A stretch of DNA of 64,000 bases from an uncultured Lentisphaeraceae bacterium (GTDB lineage Bacteria > Verrucomicrobiota > Kiritimatiellia > RFP12 > DVOR01). Below the pieces are notes generated by a model. It was given only the letters and a program-made list of their open reading frames with translations. It was not told the origin of the DNA and did not search any database. Positions 1 to 10,259 of this stretch are shown one piece after another. The DNA lies in assembly GCA_949282555.1 (NCBI GenBank), contig CASDPK010000021.1:1732-65731 (forward strand), given 5' to 3'. The position numbers were made by a program, and so were the translations under genes. Numbering within the stretch: position 1 is the stretch's first letter; each line of letters opens with the position of its first letter.

Positions 1-804
1 GCCGCCGGGGTTCTTCTGGAGGGCCACGGCCGGAACGATGGCGGCGTCGGCCTGGATTTCGCCATCCACCACCGCGTCGAGCCCCAGTTCCTCAAACTTC
101 GCCTTGGTGAGGCGCGCGGCCTCGGCCACCTTGTCCACCAGCTCATGCTTGGCCGACCCCTTGGAGGAGAAGGAGAGGAAGGCGACCTTCGGCTGCTTGC
201 CCACGAGCGAACGGAAGGTGCGGGCCGTCGCCAACGCGATGTCCACCATCTGTTCGGCGGTGGGGCAAGGATTCACCGCGCAGTCGGCGAAGCACAGCAC
301 CTCGTCGCCCGCGGCCGTCGGCTCACGCAATCCCATCAGGAAGGTCGACGACGCCAACTTGATGCCGGGGGCCGTGCCCACGCACTGGAACGCCGCCCGA
401 AGCATGTCGCCGGTGGACGCGATCGAGCCCGCCACAAGGCCATCGGCCTTGCCGGTGGCAAGCATCATGGCGCCGAAGTAAATGCGCTTGTCGAGCAGGG
501 TCTGACGCGCCGCCTCGGGCGTCATGCCCTTGGCCTTGCGCTTCTCATAAAAGGCCGTGGTGAGCTCTTCGAGCAAGGGGCCCTTCGTGTAATCGATGGT
601 CTGAACCTCGGGGGCCAACTTCATGCCGGCGGCATTCTCGGAGAAGACGATCTCCTCGGGCGTGCCGAGCACAACGATTTTGGCGACGTTTTCCTGCACG
701 GCGAGGTTGGCGGCCTTGATGACGCGCGGATCCTGCCCCTCGGGCAACACCACCGTCCGCCCGGACCCTTTGGCCTTGGCGCAAATCTGCTTGAGCAATT
801 CCAT
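1..804 (-). CDS. pta: Phosphate acetyltransferase (3' end outside window)
   Basis: Manual translation from ATG 804: MELLKQICAKAKGSGRTVVLPEGQDPRVIKAA...ADCAVNPCP...VAFLSFSSKGSAKH...DGEIQADAA; AAAGGA SD upstream. Confidence 0.92.
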   Translation of the reverse strand, partial: MELLKQICAKAKGSGRTVVLPEGQDPRVIKAANLAVQENVAKIVVLGTPEEIVFSENAAGMKLAPEVQTIDYTKGPLLEELTTAFYEKRKAKGMTPEAARQTLLDKRIYFGAMMLATGKADGLVAGSIASTGDMLRAAFQCVGTAPGIKLASSTFLMGLREPTAAGDEVLCFADCAVNPCPTAEQMVDIALATARTFRSLVGKQPKVAFLSFSSKGSAKHELVDKVAEAARLTKAKFEELGLDAVVDGEIQADAAIVPAVALQKNPGG

Positions 805-925
805 GACAAATCCTTTCGTAACAGCAAGGAAAGCCGTATGATACACCCTGCCGCCGCCCCCATGCAAGCCGAACCCCTCCCGCAGGAGGGGCACGCTCGC
901 AAGTTATTCGTGACGTCTTATGGGC

Positions 926-1381
926 TTAGGCAAATGGATTGCCATCCGCATCGACGGTTGTCGTGACGATTTCGTAAATCGCCCATCCCGTGAGCCCCAA
1001 CAGTATGACCCCTCCGATCAGAAAGAAAGAAGTGATGAGGCCGAAGATTCCAACGCCCAATTGCACAAAAGCCTTCGATTTGTAGCCGGCATAAAAATTG
1101 TGTACACCGTAGGCGCCAAGGAAAATACCAAGGAGGATGAACACCGTCCGACTGCGCACCCCACCCTGCAGACCACTTTTTATCGCAGGCGCAGTGGGAG
1201 CCTTGCGCACGGCCTGATTCGTCAAGGGGACACCGCAATTCAAGCAAATTGCCTGACGTTCATTCTTGATTTCGGTGCCACAAGCTGCGCAAAACTTTTT
1301 CTCAACGCCGACAGGAAGTCCGCATTTCGTGCAGATCGTAGCCTTGTCATTCAGCTCATTGCCACAGTTAGTGCAAAACAT
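926..1381 (-). CDS. Double zinc-ribbon + TM2-domain membrane protein
   Basis: FCTNCG..CTKCG..FCAACG..CLNCG, then LLGIFLGAYGVHNFYAG (TM2 motif). Confidence 0.85.
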   Translation of the reverse strand: MFCTNCGNELNDKATICTKCGLPVGVEKKFCAACGTEIKNERQAICLNCGVPLTNQAVRKAPTAPAIKSGLQGGVRSRTVFILLGIFLGAYGVHNFYAGYKSKAFVQLGVGIFGLITSFFLIGGVILLGLTGWAIYEIVTTTVDADGNPFA

Positions 1382-1760
1382 GAGATTACCTCTTCCTTCA
1401 TACTCTCGGGCTTGCAACGATTCCCTTAAGGCGTTTCATTTACGTCGCCCATACGTGCCAAAAGAAACCTATTTCTTAGAGCACGGCTATAATAGCCTCA
1501 CCTCCCCCTCCCCCCTATTTGTCAAGTACTTTTTTAGAGTGCTTGCCTTGTTGTGATGTTCTCCCTCCTCCTTCTTGATAAGGGACGGAGCCTGTGTGCC
1601 GTTCCGAGATGCAGAGCGTCTTGAGGGAAAGGCTTAAGGGGGACGAACTCCGCCCTCTTACGCTGAGTTATCATCTCCCGGTCTGCCTACGCGGGAACGC
1701 ACCGGCGGAGAAACACCGAAAACGCCCCCGATGCGGCGAGGTTTCGCCTATAATGGGGCC

Positions 1761-2882
1761 ATGAGCACACAGTCCCTTCCCACAAAGCCCCATTATCTCT
1801 CCCTCGATGCCCTGCGCGGCGTGGCGGCCGTGATGGTGGTTCTCTTCCACATCATGGAAACGCACATGGCCTTGGGCGGAGGCACCTCCCGCGACACGTT
1901 GCTCAACCACACCTACTTGGCCGTGGATTTCTTCTTCCTGCTCTCGGGATTTGTCATCGGCTATGCCTACGACAGCCGCAAAGACAGTCTCTCCGTGGGG
2001 GCCTTCCTGCGCCGGCGCCTCATCCGCCTCCAACCGATGGTGGTGATCGGCGGCCTCTTGGGGGCGGCGCTCTTCTGGTTCCACGTGGCGCCGGCCGTGG
2101 GCTGGGGCGGCATCCCCGACACGCCGGTGTGGCAATGGGCCGTCATCGCGCTGATGGGATGCTTGCTCCTCCCGGTCACCACGGGGTGGGACATCCGGGG
2201 ATGGAACGAGATGTTCCCCCTCAACGCCGTCTCTTGGTCGCTCTTCTATGAATACATCGGCAATTTGGCCTACGTCCTTGTGATCCGCCGATTGCCCACG
2301 CGCGTGCTGGGGGCGCTGACGGGACTGCTTGCCTTCACCATGGTGGGCTGGCTCCTCTTTGGGCCCCAAGGCGACGTTATCCGGGGGTGGACGTTTGCAC
2401 CCAACCATGCGGCGGTGGCTTCCCTTCGGCTCTTCCTCCCCTTCTGCTTGGGCCTGCTGATGTCGCGCACGCTCCGGCCGTGTCCGTTGCGGGTTCCCTT
2501 CCCGGCGCTGGCGGCGGCGTTGGTCGTGCTGTTCTCGGTGCCGCGGTTGGGGGGCGAACAGGCCCTGTGGGTGAATGGCCTCTATGAGGCCTTCTGCCTG
2601 CTGATCGCCTTCCCGCTCATCGTTTGGCTGGGCTCCGGATGCCACACCGAGGGGGCTGTCGGCTCCCGGGTCTGCACCTTCTTGGGCGATCTCTCGTATC
2701 CGCTTTACATCACGCATTTCCCCATCATTTACAGCTATACCGCCTTCGTGGCCAACACGGGCCGCCACACCCTCGCACAGGCTTGGCCCTTCGCGCTCCT
2801 TGCGGTGGGGGTGGCCGTGATCTTCGCGTGGGTGACCTTCCGCTTCATCGACCTGCCGCTCCGCCGTTGGCTCTCGCGCTAA
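1761..2882 (+). CDS. Acyltransferase family 3 (OafA-like) membrane protein
   Basis: LDALRGVAA, AVDFFFLLSGFV, RRRLIRLQP, WSLFYE, GDLSYPLYITH motifs. Confidence 0.9.
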   Translation: MSTQSLPTKPHYLSLDALRGVAAVMVVLFHIMETHMALGGGTSRDTLLNHTYLAVDFFFLLSGFVIGYAYDSRKDSLSVGAFLRRRLIRLQPMVVIGGLLGAALFWFHVAPAVGWGGIPDTPVWQWAVIALMGCLLLPVTTGWDIRGWNEMFPLNAVSWSLFYEYIGNLAYVLVIRRLPTRVLGALTGLLAFTMVGWLLFGPQGDVIRGWTFAPNHAAVASLRLFLPFCLGLLMSRTLRPCPLRVPFPALAAALVVLFSVPRLGGEQALWVNGLYEAFCLLIAFPLIVWLGSGCHTEGAVGSRVCTFLGDLSYPLYITHFPIIYSYTAFVANTGRHTLAQAWPFALLAVGVAVIFAWVTFRFIDLPLRRWLSR

Positions 2883-2941
2883 CCAAAAACTGACACAAGG
2901 CTGACCTTCCGCGAACATCCGCGCGCTATCTTGGCGGACGT

Positions 2942-3868
2942 ATGGGAACGGAAACCAAAGAGAAACTCGCCCTCATCGACGTGGGCTCAAACACCATCCG
3001 CACCGTCGTCTACGGGCGGTACGGCGGGCGCGTGCGCAAACTTTACAGCGAGCGCGACTACACCGGCCTGCTGGCCTACGTGCGCGACGGCCGCCTGAGC
3101 GCCGAAGGCATCACCCGACTCTGCGAAACGCTGGCGCACATGCGGCGCTTCTGCGCGCTCTGCCAATGCGCCTCCGTCACCGCCTTCTCCACGGCCTCCC
3201 TGCGGGGCGTCACCAACCGCGCGGCCGTGCTCTCCGCCGTGCGGCGGCGCACCGGATTGGAGATCCGCCCCCTCTCCGAGGAGGAAGAAATGGCCTGCGA
3301 CTGCGAGGGTCTGCGCCGCAGCGGCGTGCGCGAAGGGGTGGCCTTCGACCTCGGCGGCGGCAGTTGCCAAGTTTTCCGCTTCGGCGAAGAGGGCCTCCAA
3401 GAGGGCGCCTCGCTCCCCTTCGGGTGCCTCTCGCTCGGCACCCACTTTGTGCGCGAGGGGCTCTTCCCAAGCCGCGAGGAGGCCAAAACCATCCGCCGCT
3501 TCGTGCGCAACGCGCTGGAAGACCGTCTGCCCGGCCTCTCCGGCATCGCCCCGCCCACGCTCTACGCCATGGGCGGCACCGCCCGCGCCGCCGCCAAAGT
3601 GTTGCGCGCCCTCTCGGGCGACGACGCCGGGGCCGGCGTCTCTTGCGAGGCCCTCCACCGACTGTTGCGCGACGCCCGGCGCAACGAGGCCCGCACCGTT
3701 GATCTCCTCCGTCGCGTCATCCCCGGACGCATGTCCACGCTTCTGCCCGGCATTGCCGCCATGGAGGCCATCGCACGCCACGTAGGGCGCGACACCATCG
3801 ACGTCTCGCCCGTGGGCGTCAGGGAAGGATTCTTATGGACGTATCTTCTGCCTTCGGTTGCACCCTGA
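2942..3868 (+). CDS. ppx: Ppx/GppA exopolyphosphatase
   Basis: IDVGSNTIR, DLGGGSCQ, GVREG motifs; adjacent to ppk1. Confidence 0.9.
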   Translation: MGTETKEKLALIDVGSNTIRTVVYGRYGGRVRKLYSERDYTGLLAYVRDGRLSAEGITRLCETLAHMRRFCALCQCASVTAFSTASLRGVTNRAAVLSAVRRRTGLEIRPLSEEEEMACDCEGLRRSGVREGVAFDLGGGSCQVFRFGEEGLQEGASLPFGCLSLGTHFVREGLFPSREEAKTIRRFVRNALEDRLPGLSGIAPPTLYAMGGTARAAAKVLRALSGDDAGAGVSCEALHRLLRDARRNEARTVDLLRRVIPGRMSTLLPGIAAMEAIARHVGRDTIDVSPVGVREGFLWTYLLPSVAP

Positions 3869-5946
3869 ACCGCGAACTCAGCTGGCTGGCCTTCAATGGC
3901 CGCGTGCTGGAGGAAGCCACGCTCCCGGAGCGTCCGCCGCTTGACCGGCTGACCTTTTTGGGGATCTTCCTCAACAATCTCGACGAGTTCTACCGCGTCC
4001 GCGTGGGGTCGCTTCTCGACGCGGCGGCCCTTCCCCGTCCGCCCATCGACGACAAGACCGGCTGGACGCCCGACCGCCAGCTCGCCGCCGTGGCCGCCGA
4101 AGTCGCCCGCCTCATGGAAGCCACCGAACGAGCCGCCGAGAGTCTGCGGGAGGCCTTCGCCGCCGCGGAGGTCACCTTCCCGCGGCCCGAGACGTTGGAG
4201 GGGGCCCGCGCCGCCACCATGGCCCGCTTCTTCAAGGAAGAGCTCAAACCGCTCCTGTCGCCGCTGGTGATCGACGCGCACCACCCCTTCCCCTTCCTGC
4301 GCGACCGCGAGAGCGCGGTGCTTTCGGACTTCGGCCACAAGGCGCTGGGCGTCATCCCCTTGGGGCGGTTGCCCCGCTTCCGCGTCTTTTCCGACGCCGA
4401 GGGCCATTGGATGCTCCACACCGCCGACGTGGTGCGCTTCTTCGCCCCCCGCCTCTACGGCCGCCGCACCCTCGCCGAAAGCGTGGTCTGCCGCGTCACC
4501 CGAAACGCCGACCTCACCGTGGAGGAACACGAGAGCGAGGGCGACTTCCGCGGCGCCATGCGGGACTTCGTCCGCCGCCGCAAACGCTTGGCGCCCGTGC
4601 GGGTGCAATTCTCCCCCGCGGCCAGCCCCCGCCTCGCCGAGCTCGTCGCCGACCGTTTGGGGTGCCCTGCCGGCGTGGCCCCCGTGGCGCAGGCGCTCCC
4701 GCTCGATCCCGCCTTTGCGTTCGGCCTGGCCAAAGCCCTGCCGCCGGAGGTGGCCCGGAATCTCTCCCCCTCCCCGCACCGTCCCGCCCAGCCCGCATGG
4801 GCCCAGGGCGACATCACCGCCCGCATCCGTGAGCGCGATCGCCTGCTGCACCTTCCCTTCGAGTCCATCACGCCCTTTGTCCGACTGCTCGAACAGGCCG
4901 CCGACGACCCGCAGGTGACCGCCATCCGCATCACGCTCTACCGCCTCGCCGCCAATTCGCGTATCGCCCAAGCCCTCGCCCGCGCCGCCGAGAACGGAAA
5001 GGACGTGCTGTGCGTGCTGGAACTCCGCGCCCGTTTCGACGAGGAGAGCAACATCAACTATTCCGAGATGTTGCAGGAGGCCGGGTGCACCGTCATTTAC
5101 GGCCTCCCCGAAGACAAAGTCCACGCCAAGGTCTGCCTCATCCTCTACGCGGGCCACAACGGCGCCCCCAAGACCATCACGCAGATCGGCACCGGCAACT
5201 ACAACGAAAAGACCGCCGCCCTCTACACCGACCTCTCCTACCTCACGGCCAATCCCGCCATCGGCCGCGACGCCCAGCGCCTCTTCCGCCACCTCTGCCT
5301 CGGCGATTCCCACTGCGAGACCGACCTGCTGTGGGTGGCCCCGCACGCCTTCCTGACCCGCGTCTTGGCCCAGCTCGACGAAGAGATCGCCGAGGCCCGC
5401 GCGGGACGCCCCGCCTACGCCTTCCTCAAGGTCAATGGCCTCAACTCCATGCCGCTCATCGAGAAACTCATCGAGGCCTCCTGCGCCGGCGTCACCCTTG
5501 AGCTCTTCGTCCGCGGCATCTGCTGTCTGCGACCCGGCGTGCCGGGGAAGACCGACCGCATCCGCGTGGTCTCCGTGGTCGGCGACCATCTCGAGCACAC
5601 CCGCCTGCTCTGCTTCGGCGCCAAGGGCCGCGAACGCCTTTTCATCGGCTCCGGGGATTTCCTCAACCGCAACCTCACCCGACGGGTCGAGGTCTACGTG
5701 CCCATCCTCGACGCCGATTGCCGCGCCGATTTGCTCGGGATGATTGACATCCTCCGCGCCGACACCGCCAAGGGCCGCCGAATGTCCGCCGATGGCACCT
5801 ATGCCCTCCCCGCGCCCGATGGCACCCCGCCCTTCAGCTCCCAGCGGGCCCTTGCCGAACGCTACGCCACCCCCGCCCCCGTGCCGGAGCGCCGCCCCCT
5901 CCTCCGGCGTCTCTTCGGATGGAAGCCCCGCCGCACGTCCCCCTGA
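3835..5946 (+). CDS. ppk1: Polyphosphate kinase 1
   Basis: NRELSWLAFNGRVLEEA, NLDEFYRVRV, ELRARFDEESNI, KVHAK, GTGNYNEKTA. Confidence 0.95.
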   Translation: MDVSSAFGCTLNRELSWLAFNGRVLEEATLPERPPLDRLTFLGIFLNNLDEFYRVRVGSLLDAAALPRPPIDDKTGWTPDRQLAAVAAEVARLMEATERAAESLREAFAAAEVTFPRPETLEGARAATMARFFKEELKPLLSPLVIDAHHPFPFLRDRESAVLSDFGHKALGVIPLGRLPRFRVFSDAEGHWMLHTADVVRFFAPRLYGRRTLAESVVCRVTRNADLTVEEHESEGDFRGAMRDFVRRRKRLAPVRVQFSPAASPRLAELVADRLGCPAGVAPVAQALPLDPAFAFGLAKALPPEVARNLSPSPHRPAQPAWAQGDITARIRERDRLLHLPFESITPFVRLLEQAADDPQVTAIRITLYRLAANSRIAQALARAAENGKDVLCVLELRARFDEESNINYSEMLQEAGCTVIYGLPEDKVHAKVCLILYAGHNGAPKTITQIGTGNYNEKTAALYTDLSYLTANPAIGRDAQRLFRHLCLGDSHCETDLLWVAPHAFLTRVLAQLDEEIAEARAGRPAYAFLKVNGLNSMPLIEKLIEASCAGVTLELFVRGICCLRPGVPGKTDRIRVVSVVGDHLEHTRLLCFGAKGRERLFIGSGDFLNRNLTRRVEVYVPILDADCRADLLGMIDILRADTAKGRRMSADGTYALPAPDGTPPFSSQRALAERYATPAPVPERRPLLRRLFGWKPRRTSP

Positions 5947-5998
5947 CCGCCGTCATGCCCCTTGCGCCGGCGGAAGGGATTGGGCTATACTCCGAAAC

Positions 5999-6790
5999 AT
6001 GAAACTCTGTCTCCTCGGCCCCCTTTGGGGCGATATCTGCGGCGCGCCCTACGAGTTCCACCCGGAGCGCGACCCCGAAGCCATCGACCTCGCCCACCCC
6101 AACCGGGACTTCACGGACGACACCGTGCTGACGCTTGCCGTCGCAAAAGCCATTCTGGAGCGGCGCCCTTACCGCGACACGCTCTTTGAGCTGGCGCGCG
6201 CCTACCCCAACGTCGGCTACGGCGGGCGCTTCCTGCGCCAGTGGCTCCAAAAGGGCGATCCCTCCCCCTATGGCAGCTTCGGCAACGGCGCGGCCATGCG
6301 GGTGGCGCCCGTGGGCTGGGCCTTCAACACCGTGGAGGACGTGTTGCGCGAGGCGGAGGCTTCGGCCGCCTGTTCGCACGACCACCCCGACGGCATCGCC
6401 TCGGCGCAAGCCGTCGCCCTCGCCGTCTTCCTCGCCCGCAAAGGACAGGACAAGGCGGAGATCCGCGAGGCCCTCGAAGAGCGCTTCGGCTACGCCCTCT
6501 CCGACGACCTCCCCGCCCTCCGCGACGAGGCGGCGCGGCAGGGGTTCGACGCGACCTTCCGTTCCGTCCCGCTCGCCCTTGGCGTCTTTCTGGGGACGGA
6601 GAGCTTCGACGACTGTCTGCGCCAAGCCATCGCCCTTGGCGGCGACGCCGACACACAGGCCTGCATCGCCTGCGCCGTGGCCGAGGCCTACTACGGCCCC
6701 GACGAGGCCCTGGCCCCACAGGTGGCCGCCTTCCTCCCGCCGCCCCTGCGCCATATCCTCTCGGCCTTTGCGGCCAAATACGGCGTGTGA
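5999..6790 (+). CDS. ADP-ribosylglycohydrolase family protein
   Basis: GDICGAPYEF, FTDDTVLT, SFGNGAAMRVAP, GGDADT motifs. Confidence 0.92.
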   Translation: MKLCLLGPLWGDICGAPYEFHPERDPEAIDLAHPNRDFTDDTVLTLAVAKAILERRPYRDTLFELARAYPNVGYGGRFLRQWLQKGDPSPYGSFGNGAAMRVAPVGWAFNTVEDVLREAEASAACSHDHPDGIASAQAVALAVFLARKGQDKAEIREALEERFGYALSDDLPALRDEAARQGFDATFRSVPLALGVFLGTESFDDCLRQAIALGGDADTQACIACAVAEAYYGPDEALAPQVAAFLPPPLRHILSAFAAKYGV

Positions 6791-6841
6791 CCCCTGCGCG
6801 GCGACATCCTCCCTCCGAGGCCAACGTGTTATAATGGCGGC

Positions 6842-7780
6842 ATGAGCAAGCCCTTGGCCGTCACCGGGGGGGATTGTGCCGGCATCGGGCCCGAAATCGC
6901 GGCCCGGGCCATGGCCGCCTTCCCCGAAGAAAGTTTCCGCGTCTACACCCACCGTGCGCTCTTTGAGCGGGCGTGCGCCGTCGCGCGCGTCCCCCTGCCG
7001 GACAACATCGAGTGGCACGACCTGCCCTTGACGTGCGCCCCGGAGGCCATCCGCCCCGGCGTGAACCAAGCGGCGACGGGGGCGCTGGCCTACGACAGCG
7101 TGACGGCGGCCGGGCGCGACGCCTTGGCGGGCCACGTGCGCGGCCTCGTGACGGCGCCCTTCAGCAAAGCCGCGCTCCACTTGGCCGGGCACACCGACGT
7201 GCCGGGCCACACGGAGCTCCTCGCGCGCCTCTGCGGACGGGAGGAGGCGACCATGGCCTTCTTCGCGCCGGGGCTGACGGTGTCGCTCGTGACGATCCAT
7301 TGCGCCCTGCGCGACGTGCCGGCCCTGATCACCCGCGAGCGTCTCCTGCGGGTGCTGAGGGATACGGCGCACGCGGTGGGGCGTTTGGTGGGCCGCCGCC
7401 CGAAAATCGGCGTGTTGGCGCTCAATCCGCACGCCGGGGAAGAGGGCGCCTTTGGCGACGAGGAAGCCCGCGTCATCCGCCCCGCGCTCCAAGAGGCCGC
7501 GGCATGGGCCGACATCGAGGGGCCGCTGGTGCCGGACACCGCGTTGATCCCCGCCAACGGCGCAGGAAGGTTTGATGCCTTCGTGGCGATGTATCACGAC
7601 CAAGGGCTCATCCCCTTCAAGCTGGCGGCCTTCGACCAAGGCGTCAACGTCACCCTCGGCCTCCCCTTCGTCCGCACAAGCCCCGACCACGGCACGGCCT
7701 TTGGGCTTGCGTGGCAGGGCGTGGCCTCCGCCGCCAGCATGGAAGCCGCCATCCGCAAGGCGCGGGAGCTGACCCGATGA
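6842..7780 (+). CDS. pdxA: 4-hydroxythreonine-4-phosphate dehydrogenase
   Basis: GDCAGIGPEI, GHTELLA, LNPHAGEEG, AMYHDQG, RTSPDHGTA. Confidence 0.93.
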   Translation: MSKPLAVTGGDCAGIGPEIAARAMAAFPEESFRVYTHRALFERACAVARVPLPDNIEWHDLPLTCAPEAIRPGVNQAATGALAYDSVTAAGRDALAGHVRGLVTAPFSKAALHLAGHTDVPGHTELLARLCGREEATMAFFAPGLTVSLVTIHCALRDVPALITRERLLRVLRDTAHAVGRLVGRRPKIGVLALNPHAGEEGAFGDEEARVIRPALQEAAAWADIEGPLVPDTALIPANGAGRFDAFVAMYHDQGLIPFKLAAFDQGVNVTLGLPFVRTSPDHGTAFGLAWQGVASAASMEAAIRKARELTR

Positions 7781-8346
7781 GCCGTGACCCGCGCGAAAAC
7801 CCCTATGCCGAGCACGAACGGCGCGACCGCGCCTTCTGTCGGGCCTTGCTGGGCGGATTCGGCGGGCTCTTGGTGGCCTATCTGTGCGCCGACGCGGCAG
7901 GCGTCTTGCCCGCCGCGGTCTCCGTCCGGGCCGCCACCCAGCGGCGCAACCGCGTGGAGATCTCCGACCGTTACGAGGAATACGACCCCGACTTGGTGCT
8001 CGGCATCGCGGTGGGGGACACCCGTTTCCGCCTCAACTACGCCAAATGCCGCGCCATCGTCACCCGCCCCGTCTTCGGGGTCACCGAGTGGATCATCCCC
8101 TCTTCGTTCGAGCTGCAAGGGCGCGTTTTCACGGTCACGGCGCTGGACCCCTTCGCCTTCCTCAACGCTCAGGGCGTGCGCACCATCTCGTTGCCGCCCA
8201 CCCTGCGTTACACCAACCAGGCCGAGCGCTTCCCCCCGGAGACCCTCCGCCAAGTGAAGCTCCGCCGGGCCGACGGCTCCGAAACCACCCTCACCCCACC
8301 CCTTCCCTCTCCGCTCATCCCCGAACCGCAGGAGGATCAACCATGA
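7777..8346 (+). CDS. Membrane-anchored hypothetical protein with one BspA/LRR_5-like unit
   Basis: ATGA overlaps with pdxA and rsmD; one hydrophobic segment; IIPSSFELQGRVFTVTALDPFAF...VRTISLPPTLRY resembles a BspA-type repeat. Confidence 0.6.
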   Translation: MSRDPRENPYAEHERRDRAFCRALLGGFGGLLVAYLCADAAGVLPAAVSVRAATQRRNRVEISDRYEEYDPDLVLGIAVGDTRFRLNYAKCRAIVTRPVFGVTEWIIPSSFELQGRVFTVTALDPFAFLNAQGVRTISLPPTLRYTNQAERFPPETLRQVKLRRADGSETTLTPPLPSPLIPEPQEDQP

Positions 8347-8933
8347 GAATCACCGGCGGACAATGGCGCGGGCGAACCCTGCTCATGCCCAAATCCGACG
8401 CCGTGCGCCCCACGCAAGACCGCGTGCGCGAAGCCCTCTTCGGCCTCCTTCAACCCGTCCTCCCCGGGGCCACGTTCCTTGACCTCTTCGCCGGCTCCGG
8501 GGCCGTGGGCTTGGAGGCCCTGAGCCGCGGCGCCCGCGAAGCCACCTTCCTGGAGCGCGACCGCACCGTCTTCACCACCCTCCTGCGCAACCTCGCGGCC
8601 TTCGGCGTGGAGGCCCACCATGCCCGCAACGCCGACACCCTGCGGCTCCTCGGCGTCGCCGCCGACGCCCCCGAAACGCCCCGCCGTCCGCTCCCCCTTG
8701 CCCTGCCTTCGGCGACGATCGTCTTTGCCGATCCGCCCTACCTTTGGGCCAAGGAAAATGGCTTCGGGGAACTGGCCAAAGCGCTCGTGGCCCATGGATT
8801 GCCGGAGCCGGGAGGCTTCCTTGTGGCGGAGTTCGACCACCGCACCGACCCGGAGCCCCTGCCCGGCTTCACCCTCTTGCGCGACCGCGCCTATGGCAAA
8901 ACCCGCCTTGCCATTTGGCGGCGCGACGCCTAA
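8343..8933 (+). CDS. rsmD: 16S rRNA m2G966 methyltransferase
   Basis: MRITGGQWRGR, RPTQDRVREALF, LDLFAGSGAVGLEALSRGA, FADPPY. Confidence 0.93.
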   Translation: MRITGGQWRGRTLLMPKSDAVRPTQDRVREALFGLLQPVLPGATFLDLFAGSGAVGLEALSRGAREATFLERDRTVFTTLLRNLAAFGVEAHHARNADTLRLLGVAADAPETPRRPLPLALPSATIVFADPPYLWAKENGFGELAKALVAHGLPEPGGFLVAEFDHRTDPEPLPGFTLLRDRAYGKTRLAIWRRDA

Positions 8934-8947
8934 CGCCCCAAGACCCT

Positions 8948-8998
8948 CCGTATCTCGACCCGCGAGGCTCCGTATCCCAATGAACGATACGGAGCCTC
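8948..8998. repeat. 22-bp-period CCGTATCCC-type repeat with a 13-bp perfect inverted repeat
   Basis: ccgtatctcg (8948) and ccgtatccca (8970); gaggctccgtatc 8964-8976 / gatacggagcctc 8986-8998. Confidence 0.7.
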
Positions 8999-9230
8999 TC
9001 GTTTTCACGCACCCTGCGCCCCGCCGCCGTCGGCCTCATGAAATATGTTAAACTGTTCCCAGTGACGGAGATTGGCATGGGAAGAGGCGAAGGCGAACCC
9101 TTGGGCGTCAAGGGGACAGATGCTCCTGCGACATTGCAAGGAACGACAGGAATGAAGCGTGAGGCGATGCCGAATGGGAGAGAAGATGCCTAAGCGTAGG
9201 CCCGTCTTTGCGTATTGAGGGAAACAACGT

Positions 9231-9770
9231 ATGACCGACAATTTCAAGGTGTTGCATGAGCGCGTGGCGGCCAAGGTCTCCCGTCCGCTAAGCCTTTCCG
9301 ATCCCGATGAGGATTTTCAGGCCCCTGTGGATTGCCGTTGGCGAGAGGAAACCGTGGCAAAGGCAGTGGAGGAGTTGTCCTCGACAGACCTCCAAATCAT
9401 TTTTCAGAGTGTCATGCCCGCCGGGACATTTGAGGAGTGCCTCTATTATTATCCGTTTGCCTTGGAACGCTTTTCCCTTTCGTTGGCGCGGCCTCCCCAA
9501 GAGGAAATCAACGCGGATTTGTTGGACAATTTGTTGGCTTGGACGGTGCAAAACCAAAAGCGCTTGGAGGCGTATGGGCTCCTTCATCTCTCCATGAAGT
9601 GTATCCTCGACATCTACGCCCAACTGTTTGCGTGCAATCAGACGACGACTTGTGAGTGCCTTTTGGAAGTGACCCGATTCCTACGATACGTCGCCAAGCG
9701 ACAATGGTATCACCTTGTCCCCCAACCCTCGTTGCCCTATCACAGCACAACCATTTGGAGACAAGATTGA
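9231..9770 (+). CDS. Hypothetical protein
   Basis: 179-aa ORF with GAGG SD; region visibly less GC-rich than flanks. Confidence 0.6.
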   Translation: MTDNFKVLHERVAAKVSRPLSLSDPDEDFQAPVDCRWREETVAKAVEELSSTDLQIIFQSVMPAGTFEECLYYYPFALERFSLSLARPPQEEINADLLDNLLAWTVQNQKRLEAYGLLHLSMKCILDIYAQLFACNQTTTCECLLEVTRFLRYVAKRQWYHLVPQPSLPYHSTTIWRQD

Positions 9771-9834
9771 AACGTGTGGGGAAACGTGTCAGATTACACG
9801 AAGGAAAAGGCTCCGATGAAGTGAAGGGGCAGAA

Positions 9835-10116
9835 ATGAAATCGCTTTCCATCCTCTATGTCCTAATCGCGCTCCTTCTTTTGACGGTGTTTGGCCTCGTC
9901 CATACGGAGTGCTTCCCCTATCTTCTCGGGTCTCTCGCGTTGGGGTTCTGCCTGCCCAAGCTCGCCAAAATCCCCCTTGTGATTGTCTTGTTCCTGACAC
10001 TTCTGCTCGTGTTTTCGTCCCTCTTGGTCAAAGAGACGCATCATAAGGTCGAGATGACAAATGCGTGGCTCCGTTCCCTTCCGCACACGTCCAAAACCGT
10101 GGAGGAAAAACAATGA
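9835..10116 (+). CDS. Small hypothetical membrane protein
   Basis: 93 aa, about three hydrophobic segments, AAGGGG SD-like sequence. Confidence 0.55.
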   Translation: MKSLSILYVLIALLLLTVFGLVHTECFPYLLGSLALGFCLPKLAKIPLVIVLFLTLLLVFSSLLVKETHHKVEMTNAWLRSLPHTSKTVEEKQ

Positions 10117-10259
10117 TGTTGCGCTGGGGGCTCCTACTGATCGGGTTTTCGGCGTCTGCCTACATCTGCGTTGTGGGGTCTCTCGAAGGCCAGCCGCTCT
10201 ATGAGCCCCTGTTGCTCTTCCCTCTCTTTGCAATAGGCAATCGCTTGAGGCACCGATGA
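10113..10259 (+). CDS. Very small hypothetical membrane protein
   Basis: MMLRWGLLLIGFSASAYICVVG...; GGAGG SD; ATGA overlaps on both sides. Confidence 0.4.
   Translation: MMLRWGLLLIGFSASAYICVVGSLEGQPLYEPLLLFPLFAIGNRLRHR

Noticed and set aside
5999-6790. ADP-ribosylglycohydrolase as an antitoxin of the Rhs system
   Set aside because: It is 30 kb away, has host-like GC in a housekeeping context, and none of the toxin tips looks like an ADP-ribosyltransferase.
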